Positions 1 through 12,052 of a DNA stretch of 64,000 bases are shown here, one piece after another. Each line of letters begins with the position of its first letter. Position 1 is the stretch's first letter. The notes beneath the pieces are model-generated. The model was not told where the DNA came from. It did no database searches and saw only the letters and a list, made by a program, of their open reading frames with translations. The DNA comes from Tubiluchus corallicola. Lineage: Eukaryota; Animalia; Priapulida. The DNA is taken from contig JAQGDQ010000204.1 of the NCBI GenBank assembly GCA_030141605.1, forward strand, positions 310,001 through 374,000, read 5' to 3'. The translations under genes were made by a program, and so were the position numbers.

Positions 1-190
1 CTTCAAAGCACTTAGCGATATAAACAATGAGCTCAAAGATTGCATTGACACAAGTTGGGCATATGAACTCCTCACGCCTCAGAGTATGTTGTGCCACGTC
101 AGCGCCGTCATAGAAAAGTGGAAAAAGGGTCAGCCAATCAGCTTCACGGACTTTTTTGGACATCTGATCGGAGACACGTTACTTTCAAAT
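1..190 (+). CDS. PLA2G4A: cPLA2 exon (5'-truncated by window edge)
   Basis: Frame from base 2: FKALSDINNELKDCIDTSWAYELLTPQ...KGQPISFTDFFGHLIGDTLLSN; donor gtaagt at 191. Confidence 0.9.
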
Positions 191-3100
191 GTAAGTGTCA
201 TTCGTGATTTTCAAATAAAATTAATGGTTATTCTTTGATCAAAAGATATAAAAAGCAGGAAACAGAAAATATGATTATATTTCATTTATAGATTTATTAT
301 TTATTAGGTACAAAAAATGTCACATACAATTGCAATGAACCTACACATCAGATAAATAGATGTATGTTACACGAACAGTAGATTAAAAACAAACAAACAA
401 AATAATAATCAGTATTCTTAATTCTTAATTAATACTATTCTTAAGTATGCACTAGCCAGCAGACAAGTTTAAGTATTTCAGTATCACAACTGCTACATAA
501 GAATATAAAGTGTTCATCTATTGTTAGGTTTACAAAATCAGGACATAAATTCGTTACAATTTGAAAGTATTTAGCTCTAACATTGTTATGCTTAGTACAA
601 TACGTATACATATGTTTTCCGCTATCGAACGCCTTTTGGTAAATAGTTACAAAAAGTTTTCAAGCACATAATTGAATTTAAATTTACAATATGGTCTCAA
701 TTTATTACGTTCATTAATATTAGTAGCTGACATACACAGTTTTGCAAGCTAAAATTTAGTCTTCAGAGTAAAGACTTTCTTACGGTAAATTCCGGTAGTC
801 AGAATGGCATAGCGACTCGAACCTGGCTACTTATCAAGGATCATATTCCTCTAATGATGATGTCTAATCAAAATGGTGTCTCTGCATATGCATATCTAGT
901 TTCAACGAAAGCATTACGGCAGACGTAATTGCTAAGCAATGATATACATGCTCTTCATATATTTTATTTTCCACAGCGGAAAGAATGTCGCTTGACAGAC
1001 CAAAGAAGAAAAATTGAAAATGGTGAAGTCCCATTACCCCTGTACAGCTGCCTGCATGTAAAGAAAAGCGTGAGTGCTCAAGTATTCAGTGGTATGTTTC
1101 TGCTTATTGGTATGCAGTATCTAGAATATAATAATAACTTGCGTTTTGATAACTAGCTAATCGACTGGTCAAATCAAACAGACCTACATTCTAGATGTTT
1201 AATTTAGTAGATGAATATAATGTAATTTCAGCAATGTTAAGGCGTCCATTTACGGCTATTATTGCTTCTATTATATGTGAAGAACCTATCACATGTTTAG
1301 TAAAATGTGTTTTTATGTCAATAACTTAAATACCTATATTTGTGTCAACTGAATGTTATATTGTCTGCTCTGTCCAGGCCCAATCTATGTGGTACCGTAA
1401 AACGGGGTGAGTTCGCCACCCCTTACGTAATGGCCATTGTAGGTTTGCTGTAACTGTTGTTCAGTGTTTAATGAACAGATATCATGATCACCGTCATTAT
1501 AAACAGTTTGCGACAGTTATCTTCTTTCAATTCGCACTAGAAGTATTCCATTCTGCGCTACATATTATTTGTCTACTATTTCTTGCTACTTAACATGCCA
1601 CGCACCTGCACCCCTGTACCGGGTCATAGATACCAAAATTATACCCCTGAAGCTCTGGAAGCTGCCCTACATGCCGTCAAGAATACCAACAGGACAATCA
1701 ACGCAGCGGCGAGGCAATTCGGAGTTCCAAGAAAGACCCTTTCTGACAAACTCTCAGGAAGTCATCCGCGGAAGACCGGAGGTCAGCCAGTGTTCTCCGC
1801 CGCCGAGGAGCACGAAATCGCCAACACTCCAAGTGGCCGCTGAGTGGGGGTTCCCAATGACTGCCATCGATCTCCGACTACTGATTAAGAGCGTTCCTGA
1901 CGCGAAGGGAATCCAGGAACGACGATTCAAGGCAAACACCCCTGGAATAGACTTTGTCAAATCATTCGCCCGAAGGAACAATCTGGTTTTCAGAGCGGCT
2001 GGCAACATCGAGGGCACCCGCGCGAAGATCAGTGCACAAGACGTTCAAGCCTTCCTTGCCAACGTAGGGCCCCTTATTGAAAACGTCCCACCATCGAACA
2101 TTTTCAATAATTCGGCTAAAACTAGACATTTTTCATAATTTTTTCATAGGGTGGCGAACTCACCCCCAACCAGCCAATCACAACCAGTTAACTTCAGCTG
2201 CCTAGAATGGCATTAAACAGTGTTAAATTGTTAGTGGCGAATTCACCCCACGATAGTGTTTCATTCGAAAGGCAATATAAAGTTTGAACTAAGAAAATCG
2301 GTTGGGTAATTCTCTTGCTATAGCAGGAAACGTAAAAAATACCCCTAAAAAGTGGCGAACTCACCCCGTCTTACGGTATTTCCTAACTAACTAACTATTG
2401 TTTCATGGCATTTTGTTGTGCTAAGTTTTAATTATTTTTAGTGCACAATACATCAGAGATCTACACATTGATATATTGATAAAAAGATTGCTCGTTTTTT
2501 TGTTGTTCTTGGTTTTTTTGTGTTTTAGAGTGGGTTGAATTTTCTCCGTATGAAGTAGGAATAGCCAAGTACGGCACATTTATGGACAGCAGCTTCTTGG
2601 GTAGCAAGTTCTTCATGGGTTCAATGGTAAAGAAACACGAAGAGCTGCCATTACATTTTTTACAAGGTTTGAGTCGCCATGACAATATTTGATGACGATT
2701 TCTTCTGTAGACAGTCGCCACAAAGCAAACATTTTTAAAAAGCATTGCGGTCTTTTAGTAAGCATGCGTAAAAACTGCTTATGACACCCCAAAACTAATC
2801 AAATTTGCCTGATTTTTAATATTTCGTTTAATATGCTTGCACGGCCTGTTTAATATTGAGCATGACGTCACGCGGATCTACTTCCACACTTGCCAACACT
2901 TAAGCTGATTTCCCAACACGTAACACTTGCCAACACACACAGTGGATTGGCCTTATACTTCCTAATAGTAGTGTACGCTCAAATCTGATAAGAGAGAAGT
3001 TCGTTAATATATATACATGGTGTAGAACTTTCTCTGACTCCTTCGCTGAATTATTGGGTTCCAATTGTTCAGCGCAAAGTTTAGAACTGTCAGCTCAATA

Positions 3101-4555
3101 ATTATAGACATTTTTTCTAGACCGTGGATGTTTTATTGTGTGATAATAATTTGATAAAGAAACGTTGTTTACTCGTTAGTAAATAAAATAAGCTATTATT
3201 AATGACGTATTTTATTTTTTTTTCACTCTGTTTGTCAATGCATCCTTGAGTGCCTATAGTTGTTGTACACACCTACGTGTAGCAGTTTAAATTAAATCTT
3301 CGGCAGGCTGAAGGGGTAAATCACAGTAGATATGTTACCGGTTGTGGTTAGACAGAACAGATTGGAACTACGTTTACCAGCACAAATTCACTCGCTGGTA
3401 CATTGGCTATTGTAAACAAGTTTGTAACTTTTATTAAATCAAATAGTAGTCTAAGAGCCAGCTAATGTCATCATAATAATAACAGCGGCAGCAACCAGAA
3501 TTAAACAGTTTTAATAAAAAAAAACTGTGAGAACAGCGTAGAACAACTCATTATTTAGTAAAAACATTTTTAGGCGTATGGGGCAGTGCTTTTTGCATCT
3601 TATTCAAACGCTTGCTGGCCAACAGGGAAAGCAGTGGAAAGGATCCAGTAGAGTTGATACGAGAAGAAATGGGTAAGGGTTTAATAATGTTTAGCACATT
3701 TCAGACCATCGTGCCTAAATATAAGTTGATTAAGCTGTGGAAATAACCAAAGACTAATCTCTTAGCACATACATACAAGATGACATCTAAATTTCAGGAA
3801 AAAATTATCTGAAATGTGTTAAGTAAATAACAGTAATAGTCGACCTAAAAAGTATAATATTCATTAGTCAATGCAGGTGGTACAGGTATAAGAATGGTTG
3901 GTTTTTATATTTATATTCACCTTTGCATCTTTTTTAAAGAGAAGCATGTAACATCAGAAGAAATGAAGCCGCAGGACGAAAACGAAAGCAGCGATACAGA
4001 CGACGACGACGATGACGATCAGTGTAACGGCAACGGATCGGAAAGCAAAGACGTCTCCAATGCTTCAAAGGCTGACAGGCGCCAAAATTTGTGGACGTCG
4101 ACATTAACGACAGCCTTCTCCAGTGCAAGCTTCCCAATGCTTAACACCAGGTCTGGCAGAGCTGGAATGATTTTTAACTTTATGCGTGGATTATTCGCAG
4201 AAAGGGAACCTGATAGCGTAGACGCAGCACCAAATGGAAAAGGTAATCTTGTCTAAAGCCTTTTTACACTATGGCAAAGATACCGGATGAGTCGGTGATC
4301 CTCTTCCTGAGATTTTCTATTTGTACCCGTGTTTACGCTACGTGTTGATATGCGGGCTTATTTTGCCTGTGTCTTTTCATAACATGCAGTGGGTTGACCA
4401 CATGCAATGAAAAGCTTGGTCAGGACATAGTGAACAGATACACGATGTGTACAAGTCCGGTTTGTTTATATGTTAATTAAATTAAATTAAATTACAAAAT
4501 TAATCCAGGTCCAGGATGCGTACGTCTTCTGTGGCCACATAAAAAAGATAATTAA

Positions 4556-4615
<60 letters not shown>

Positions 4616-7600
4616 AAATCTTTATTAGTGTAATACAAACTGTACGTACGCCTTGCCTCTATTTGCAGGCGAATGTGAACACAGATATTTACATTTTTAT
4701 AACCAATTTAGACAGGATGTAAAAACTGTATTAATGTTAACATTTTATTTTGTTGTAGTCTGTCTTAAATACGAGGTGTAACAATATTATCTACATTAGT
4801 TTTATTATCAGCCATTGTGTATAAAATTCAGGAATAGCAAATCCATGGTATTAGCAAATTTCTATTAACATGACTGATTAGTCGACCTGTTTACTAATTG
4901 GAATTACAAAGTTCCTTTCAAAAACTTTACAAATCCTTTTAGCAGTAAATAATTTTAGCTAAGTAAACTTGTTTTAAAGAACTAGCCATGTACGTTAGTA
5001 ATGTGCAACTATGAAGTAAGGTCTTTGCAATTCCTGTAAACATGAACTGTATTATTAACTCGGCTTATTCTACACAAGAGTTAACAAAAACTATATTGGC
5101 TAGTCAAGAGCAGTTGATTATACGTTTTTTTATTTGTAACGATAGGGGTTCTCAGGGTACATTACCAACAATAAAACAGTAAACACTCGTCTCCTTGAAA
5201 CTGGGCCCTGTTTTCAGTCTTTTTCCATCGAGTCCATTATTTCATTTTTAGTATCTAAATAGAGGTACATCAATATCTGACAGATCGGGAGTTTAACCAC
5301 TCAGATTCCAGGTGCAGCTAAGTAGTTTTTCACATGAGTTAAATGTATTTTTATAATTTTCACCCTTTCTTTCCCCCCATGCCTGTGTATTTGTAAAATA
5401 TTGATTTTTACCAAGTATGTGTCTTCACAGTGCTGCTCAACGTCTTTAGTAAAAACTTGGTAGAAATTATTTTTGTTATCAGATTTAATGATTGCAATCT
5501 GCAAATCAACTCCAGTTTTTCTTTTGCTGCTTTAAAATTTTTTCGAATAACCAGGCTGTTGAACCATTCAATTGAGCCCTTGTACTTAGAACAGCAGCCT
5601 TTTACGTAACCACTGAATCTACACCTCCTTCCTGACCATTGTTGATGTGTTTGGCGAATGATAGTTTCTGTTCTATTATTAAACCCAGTACTTTACTGTC
5701 CTTTAATCTGCATATTTGAGAAAAAGACCGAAACATAAAAGGTAAAAAATAAAAACCTAGTTTACGTGACAGTTGATCTGGTGTGTAGCGCAGTATTTAA
5801 CACATAAATTTTAGCAATTTGACTTTTAGGACCCTGTCCATAGTTTAATTTGTTAAGAATATTATTCGTCCAGACACCGTCAGTTGCTTCTCGTAGCCAC
5901 AAAAGATTGTGAAGCAATATTTGCTCAAGAAAATGTCTTTTTCCATTAAATATATATTAACCGGATATTAATTATTTTTATTTTAATCATTGATACTAGT
6001 TCCTAGATGTGAGCTAACGTTTATGAACCTCAAAACTGACTAAATAAATTAATTACTAAGTTACTTATTTACTACTCTGATGGGGTATCTTAAAGGGCCT
6101 AAAAACATTCTCCCGATTCTATAAGTGACGGTTGTTCATAGTGGTTTCTGAGATGCCTTGTTATAAGACGTCCAATTGGTTTCCCAACATAAGAAAAAAC
6201 GTTATAGGTCTATAGCTGCTTATATTGCTGTAACTGCTTTTCCCTGGTTTTCCTGTTTGGAGACTTTTGAATGCTGCCACGGTCAATAACTTTGTTTCGA
6301 GACCGATTAAGCACAGCAAACGATGTAAGACGTCCAAAATATTTCATCATCTCTGAACGAAATTCTTCCATATCTAAGAAGTTATGAGCAGACTTAACTT
6401 ATTTAATTGCTAATTAAAGCTCTGGTAGATTGAAAGGAGTGCTTAGTTGATGTAATTCATTTTCTTCCCAGTTTAAACTGCTCATTGAAGTTTCAATTTC
6501 ATCTTTCCAGGTCAGATAAATGATTGCCCAAAAAGGAAGCAGGTAGAGACTCAAATTCCAGCACCCGTTGTGGTCTCTTTGGCTTTATGACTGCTTGCTT
6601 TAGATACGGATCTAAAAACCACACTACTTTTAGAATATTTTCTGTCTATTGTAAACGAGATTTACGAAGGAAGATAAGGCTTGCACTATTGTTAAACCCT
6701 TATGAAAATGTAAATGCACGTGAGATAGAGTACGAATTAAATTATGTGAATGTTGTAAGGGAAAACGAAACTGCTTATCACGTACTCTATGAAAGAATTG
6801 CACGATTATAAACGACGACACTGGAAGTTACTGCTTACTTCCTAGGTGTGAACCAATGCTTTATTTGCCTCAAAATCGACTTTAAATAAACTACTTACTT
6901 ATTAACCGGCTGAGATATCGAGAACTCTAGCTATAGAAACCTTCAACTTATACACAAAGAAACCCCATCAATTCAGATCAAAAATGTATTTTAGCCTTTT
7001 TGTTGGAATTTTTTCATTTAGAAAACCAACCTGGCGCTACTGCACCGACAGATATAAAAAGACTTTACTTGGTGGACAGTGGTCTAGCATTTAATTCACC
7101 ATACCCACTGTTACTTCGAACTCAGAGAGGAGTGGACATATTGCTTTCTTTCGATTTTTCTGCCAGATCAAGCGATTCTACACCTCCATTTGAGGTAATT
7201 TATATGACAACTGCGTCGCCTTTATGGTGATCACATCAAGCACATACTTAGTAAAATTACTGGTCCTGAAGATGGTGATGGTGGTGGTGATGGTGTTGGT
7301 GGTTGTGGTTGTGGTGGCGGCGTTGGCATTCGCACTTGACACTTCCCCTGTTTTGGACGGTTAATAACTTTTCTTCCATTTTAGGAGCTAAAATTGGCAG
7401 AAGAATGGGCACAGCAAAATGGAATTCCCTTTCCTCCCATAGACACATCAGTATTTGACAAAGAAGGCATGAAGGAGGTGTATATTTTCAGGGATGAAAA
7501 CGATCCTACAATTCCCATCGTTGCTCACTTCCCATTGGTCAATATCAAGTTTCGTAAATATATTCAACCAGGTAAACAAGGTCAAGACTTGTTTATTTTG

Positions 7601-10600
7601 CACTTTTTTGCTAAAGAATTGCCTTATAACATAGCCTACTCTCAAACTGCTAAAATTAATTAGAGAAGCTGCCTGTTGCCAGTATACCAATGTCTAAAAA
7701 CTAGTAACAACTATCTGCGCAAACTCTAACGCAAAATAATTATAACTTTGCTTATAGGGCCTAAACTGAAATTGTCTTTTACGATTATTGCTCTATCTAA
7801 TAGCGCAGTGGTTCATAAAAGGATTAATGATAGCAATTAAGATTTATACGAAATATAAAAACTTTTTGAAGTACAAAAATGCGACACACATTCAACTATC
7901 ACTTGACTGTTGAACAGCTCCCAGTTCAAATCACTTTTCATGTAGACTTGAATGACTACCAGAGTTGTGAGTGCATGCTTCTGCAGTGGCGACCGACACA
8001 CCCTCGCTGGATCAGGAGTGAACTGGACTGGAACCGTCCAAAGTTTTCTGCAGCCTACTGGCAGAAATATGTACACTAAAGGACTATCAGCATAAGTGCC
8101 TTTCTAGTCGTACAACTATCTTACAATGAACTCAACTAAAGTCGCAACTGAGAACATTTTACAACTGTGATTATAGCTGCATCCATTGATTAACAAGAAT
8201 GAATAAATTCAGACCCAAATCCACGAGCATAACAGTACTTCTCACTTGAGTAGATCTGGTCCAGTGCAGTTTAATCATTTGTGACTGACCTGATCCAGTG
8301 CACGGTTTGCTCAGGTGCGACTGAACAGCTTACCCTAATTTTCACATTTTGCCTCTTAACTCTGAATCTTAAGCCATCCCTGATTTTTAACAAACAATTA
8401 TCTAGCCCTCTACACAATGTGTCTACCATGCAAGTTTCGTGACTCTTTGAACGATAGCTTTCGAGTTAATGACTCAACTGACCGAAGTCGCCATTCACCA
8501 TATCACCATCTATATAACTGTGCCCACCCTGCAAGTTTCGCGACTCCTCTGCATTTGCAAAGTTATATGAATTAAAAGTGGATGCCTAAGAACAGTTGAT
8601 GTTTAACATGAACAACAATAAAAAAAAATCAGCGTATGGGTTCTCTTAGATCTGTTGCTTGCGAATAAAAATGTCGCTTATTTGGATCATGGTACGGTAG
8701 CCACGAACGTCTGTTGTAAACAAAATGGTTATAATATTTTTTCACCACTTTAGTAAATCAGTGTAAGTTGTAAAGAAGCACACAAGGAACGCCCATGCTA
8801 ATAAAGTTAATAGTATTCTTGTATTCTAGGTCTTCGCCGCCAAACGCAGGAGGATATAGAATTTGCAAACTTCGACATTTTTGATGACCCTGAGGCGCCT
8901 TATTCAACCTTCACCTTCACGTACTCGCACCAGGCATTTGACAGACTCTCTAAATTAACAGAATTCAACACCTTAATGAATGTAAGTTCACAGTTACTGA
9001 TGTAGGGTAATTTTTGTAAATAGATGGTTCATTCTGTTCACTCATTTGCCGCAACTTTCAAGCCGCGGCTCATGAAACCCAAAAGCTATATGTTTTTAGA
9101 CATGCTCATACAGTGTCATACAGTGACCTTGACAAAAGCGTGATCCTGAAGAAAATGAATTCTAAATTTTGTTGCGTCCTGTTATGTTAAAGAGTCAATC
9201 GCAAATCACGAAAATTAAAATTGATTTCATATCAGGGTTTCACAACGCGCAAATCTATCCGAGCATACGTGAAACTACTCGAAGAACTGGGACTTTTATA
9301 TTTGTATTTATATATATTTAGTAAAGCGTGATAATTCCCAACCTCCACAATAGTGTGAAAACGTTCTTCCAGAACAAGACAAAGATACGATAAAGTTTTA
9401 GTGGACCAAAAAGCCACATCTACTCAAAATTTGCATCTACGCAAAATATGGCCCAAGATGATCTACTAGTGCCACCTTACGGGACGGGTACGGTAATCAT
9501 CATCATCATCGAAAATTCTTTATGCCTGTTGCATTCTATATTTCTAATATAAAGAAATCTGCCCTCAAGGCAGGTAAACACAGCAGTCAACCCACCAAAC
9601 AAATACCAGACACTGCTACGCCAGTGGCTTGTCAGTAACACTTAAAAATAACGAGATTGATAAAGTCTGACATTTACCCCCATCTCACTTGATGATATGC
9701 ATATTCCATTATCATTGCTATATCTATTTCTATATATACGTACATATATATATATATATATTTGATGCATGTCAGATAGCGAAAAAATGCGCTGAAGTTT
9801 TGATCATGATGTTATAACAATAAAATAATGTAATCGTCTGAAAATTATCACATTAACGTTACAAACCTTTACGCTATACAAAAATTTTAGGTCACTCCCT
9901 TAAATTTATCTAAAGATACAAAAGTTTTAAGTTAACAATCCAAAAAAAGAAATGCCGGAAAAAATTACCTCACTATGTCAAAATTGACAGCAAGTGTTCG
10001 GTGCGTCAACCGTTTTCACTGCAAACTAGGCTAAGGCATTTCTTTCGACAACTAATACAGTTTCTCACTTCTGTAAAAGGGGTATTTTGGTCCCAGCACT
10101 CAACAATTTTTGTCTTTAGTGCTTTTGCGCGGCCATTGTACATTTTCTCTTTATTTCCAGAAAACTTAATTGAAAAGATTAAGTCCCATTGTTTTCTTAG
10201 AAACAAATATCAGTACTTTATTTTCTGTGGTGAACACCAAGATGTAAACTGGTCGATTTCTTTATTGTTTGATGATTGTAGCTGTCATTGTTCCAGCATT
10301 TAAATTTTAAACCGCCAATAGTTTCTTACCCATAACTTAAAAACCACTTAACTATAAATTTCTAACTTTCGCAGCTAAAGTTAATCTATTATAATATCAT
10401 GTTGTAAAATTTCAATTTCGTAAGGCACTTGCTTCTAGATATTCAACCTCTAATATTATTGTAATCTAAACCTCGACACATTTTTCTGTGCCATCTGATA
10501 TAATCAGTTTATTTCACCTGCAGGTATGACAATTACAAAATTACAACAACCAATATTATTATTCCCATGATATTCCTACCAGAAATAAGCCTATTGAAAC

Positions 10601-11047
10601 TTACGTAATTATGGCCTTCGCTGTTTTCAGTGATCATTATTCACATCAAAACAAAAAACCTCATTGACAACAACTACTCGATCCCCAGGGAGGGAAAGTA
10701 GTTCCAAACTGGCACTATTCTAACTGAAAAGCTACCTTGGCGAAGCTTTAGTCTGGCGCGTAAGATCAATCAATCAAATTTCAATTTATTACGCTTTTTC
10801 TGTACATAGTTTTTTTTTTAGTTTGGCCTCAAGTTTTTTTAGTTTGGCCTCATTTAAGTGGTCGTAATAGAAAGCTGGATCATCGAGTGCGTAAATAATT
10901 GGCCCTTTCTTATTTGCGTTTTAGGTGGACCTCATAAAAGACATCATTGCAAAGGAAGTAGAGAAGAAGCAATTACAGTGTCCTGTGACCACTACGTCTT
11001 CCATTCCTTCTGGAAAAGCAGATCCCAAAATAAGAAACAGAATTTAG
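1..11047 (+). CDS. PLA2G4A: Cytosolic phospholipase A2 (group IV, cPLA2-alpha-like), 3' part of a spliced gene; 5' exons lie outside the window
   Basis: Nine GT-AG exons with consistent phases: <1-190, 977-1091, 2529-2666, 3574-3672, 3940-4242, 7022-7194, 7385-7571, 8830-8981, 10925-11047 (TAG). The translation has cPLA2 hallmarks GQPISFTDFFG, PLPLYSCLHVK, WVEFSPYEVGIAKYG, GVWGSAF, GRAG, catalytic-Asp motif VDSGLAFNSPYP, QRGVD and FDIFDDPEAPYSTF. Confidence 0.93.
977..1091 (+). CDS. PLA2G4A: cPLA2 exon
   Basis: Acceptor ccacag; RKECRLTDQRRKIENGEVPLPLYSCLHVKKSVSAQVFS; donor gtatgt. Confidence 0.9.
1395..2376 (+). mobile_element. pogo/Tigger-like (Tc1/mariner superfamily) non-autonomous DNA transposon in a cPLA2 intron
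   Basis: 25-bp TIRs CCGTAAAACGGGGTGAGTTCGCCAC with 1 mismatch, flanked by TA at 1393-1394 and 2377-2378. Internal TIR-motif copies at 2151-2166 and 2234-2249. Frameshifted transposase from ATG 1595: psq-type HTH (YTPEALEAALHAVK...AAARQFGVPRKTL), then a CENP-B-like HTH; it ends at NIFN before the catalytic domain. Confidence 0.9.
2529..2666 (+). CDS. PLA2G4A: cPLA2 exon
   Basis: Acceptor ttttag; EWVEFSPYEVGIAKYGTFMDSSFLGSKFFMGSMVKKHEELPLHFLQ; donor gtttga. Confidence 0.92.
3574..3672 (+). CDS. PLA2G4A: cPLA2 exon
   Basis: GVWGSAFCILFKRLLANRESSGKDPVELIREEM; donor gtaagg. Confidence 0.9.
3940..4242 (+). CDS. PLA2G4A: cPLA2 exon (acidic lid region and GRAG motif)
   Basis: EKHVTSEE...SSDTDDDDDDD...LNTRSGRAGMIFNFMRGL...APNGK; phase 1-1; donor gtaatc. 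Confidence 0.85.
4556..4615. repeat. (GAT)20 microsatellite, probably the 3' tail of the adjacent minus-strand LINE
   Basis: Perfect GAT run directly followed by aaatctttatt (AATAAA on the minus strand). Confidence 0.9.
4616..5715 (-). mobile_element. Decayed 5'-truncated LINE fragment
   Basis: Minus strand 5715-5641 reads ICRLKDSKVLGLIIEQKLSFAKHIN, resembling the RT thumb motif KYLGVxID.KLSF..HI; the element ends in AATAAA plus an (ATC)n tail. Confidence 0.6.
7022..7194 (+). CDS. PLA2G4A: cPLA2 exon carrying the catalytic Asp (DSG)
   Basis: ENQPGATAPTDIKRLYLVDSGLAFNSPYPLLLRTQRGVDILLSFDFSARSSDSTPPFE; donor gtaatt. Confidence 0.92.
7385..7571 (+). CDS. PLA2G4A: cPLA2 exon
   Basis: ELKLAEEWAQQNGIPFPPID...PIVAHFPLVNIKFRKYIQP; donor gtaaac. 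Confidence 0.92.
8830..8981 (+). CDS. PLA2G4A: cPLA2 exon
   Basis: GLRRQTQEDIEFANFDIFDDPEAPYSTFTFTYSHQAFDRLSKLTEFNTLMN; donor gtaagt. Confidence 0.92.
10925..11047 (+). CDS. PLA2G4A: cPLA2 terminal coding exon
   Basis: Acceptor gttttag; phase 0; VDLIKDIIAKEVEKKQLQCPVTTTSSIPSGKADPKIRNRI*, comparable to the IDVIKEAM C-terminal helix of cPLA2-alpha. Confidence 0.8.
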   Translation: MDLIKDIIAKEVEKKQLQCPVTTTSSIPSGKADPKIRNRI

Positions 11048-11738
11048 AAGCTATGTGGAAAGAATACAGATATCAAACAAACAAAGGAAACTCAAAACTG
11101 TGACTATCATGTAACCCTTCTAAAGACTGAAACTTGTCTACTAATTAACTATATGAAATGATTAACAAAATTAGGTATAGTTCGATATCAGAACAGTATA
11201 CATGTTTATGATAATAATGATGATATTGAAATTTAAGGAAATCTAAAAAATTGAGCAAAATTACGAAATTTAAAACTTCAAAATGATAATTTCCTGTAAA
11301 ACCATAAAATTATCGCGATCCTATTCATCACGCAGTAAATTATGATTTTAAATATATTCACTAATAACTTAACCTGCAGCTTTACCCAAATCCACGCTTA
11401 ATAATTGCATGTAAATTTACGTCCACCTGTTAACACTTACGTAACAATGTAACAGTTTATCTTTTGTGTAGCTTTCAATGATAACCAATCACTGAGCTAA
11501 ATACTTAAATGCCTCAAGCAATTCAACTTGTTGTCCCTCTTATAAGTAGCTCAAAAATCGCCCAGCAATAGGCATATTTAAATCTTCTGATTTAGGCCTA
11601 CAGTATACCTCTTTTAAATTTGATATGTAAGTGCAATGCATTCGTTTTGCAAAGCCCACGCAGATCATTTAAACAATTTAATAATAAAAGTGACAATAAT
11701 AAAAATAATAATCATACTTAAGTGATTTATAGCTGTTA

Positions 11739-12052
<314 letters not shown>

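Noticed and set aside
6511-6811. Strong acceptor at 6510 and a 95-aa ORF as a missing cPLA2 exon
   Set aside because: No cPLA2 similarity and no phase-compatible canonical donor before a stop.
10812-10852. Direct repeat tttttttagtttggcctca x2 before the last cPLA2 exon
   Set aside because: Small slippage duplication with no evidence of function.
10858-11103. 81-aa ORF overlapping the last cPLA2 exon
   Set aside because: Wrong frame; the phase-0 splice gives VDLIKDII..., which matches cPLA2.
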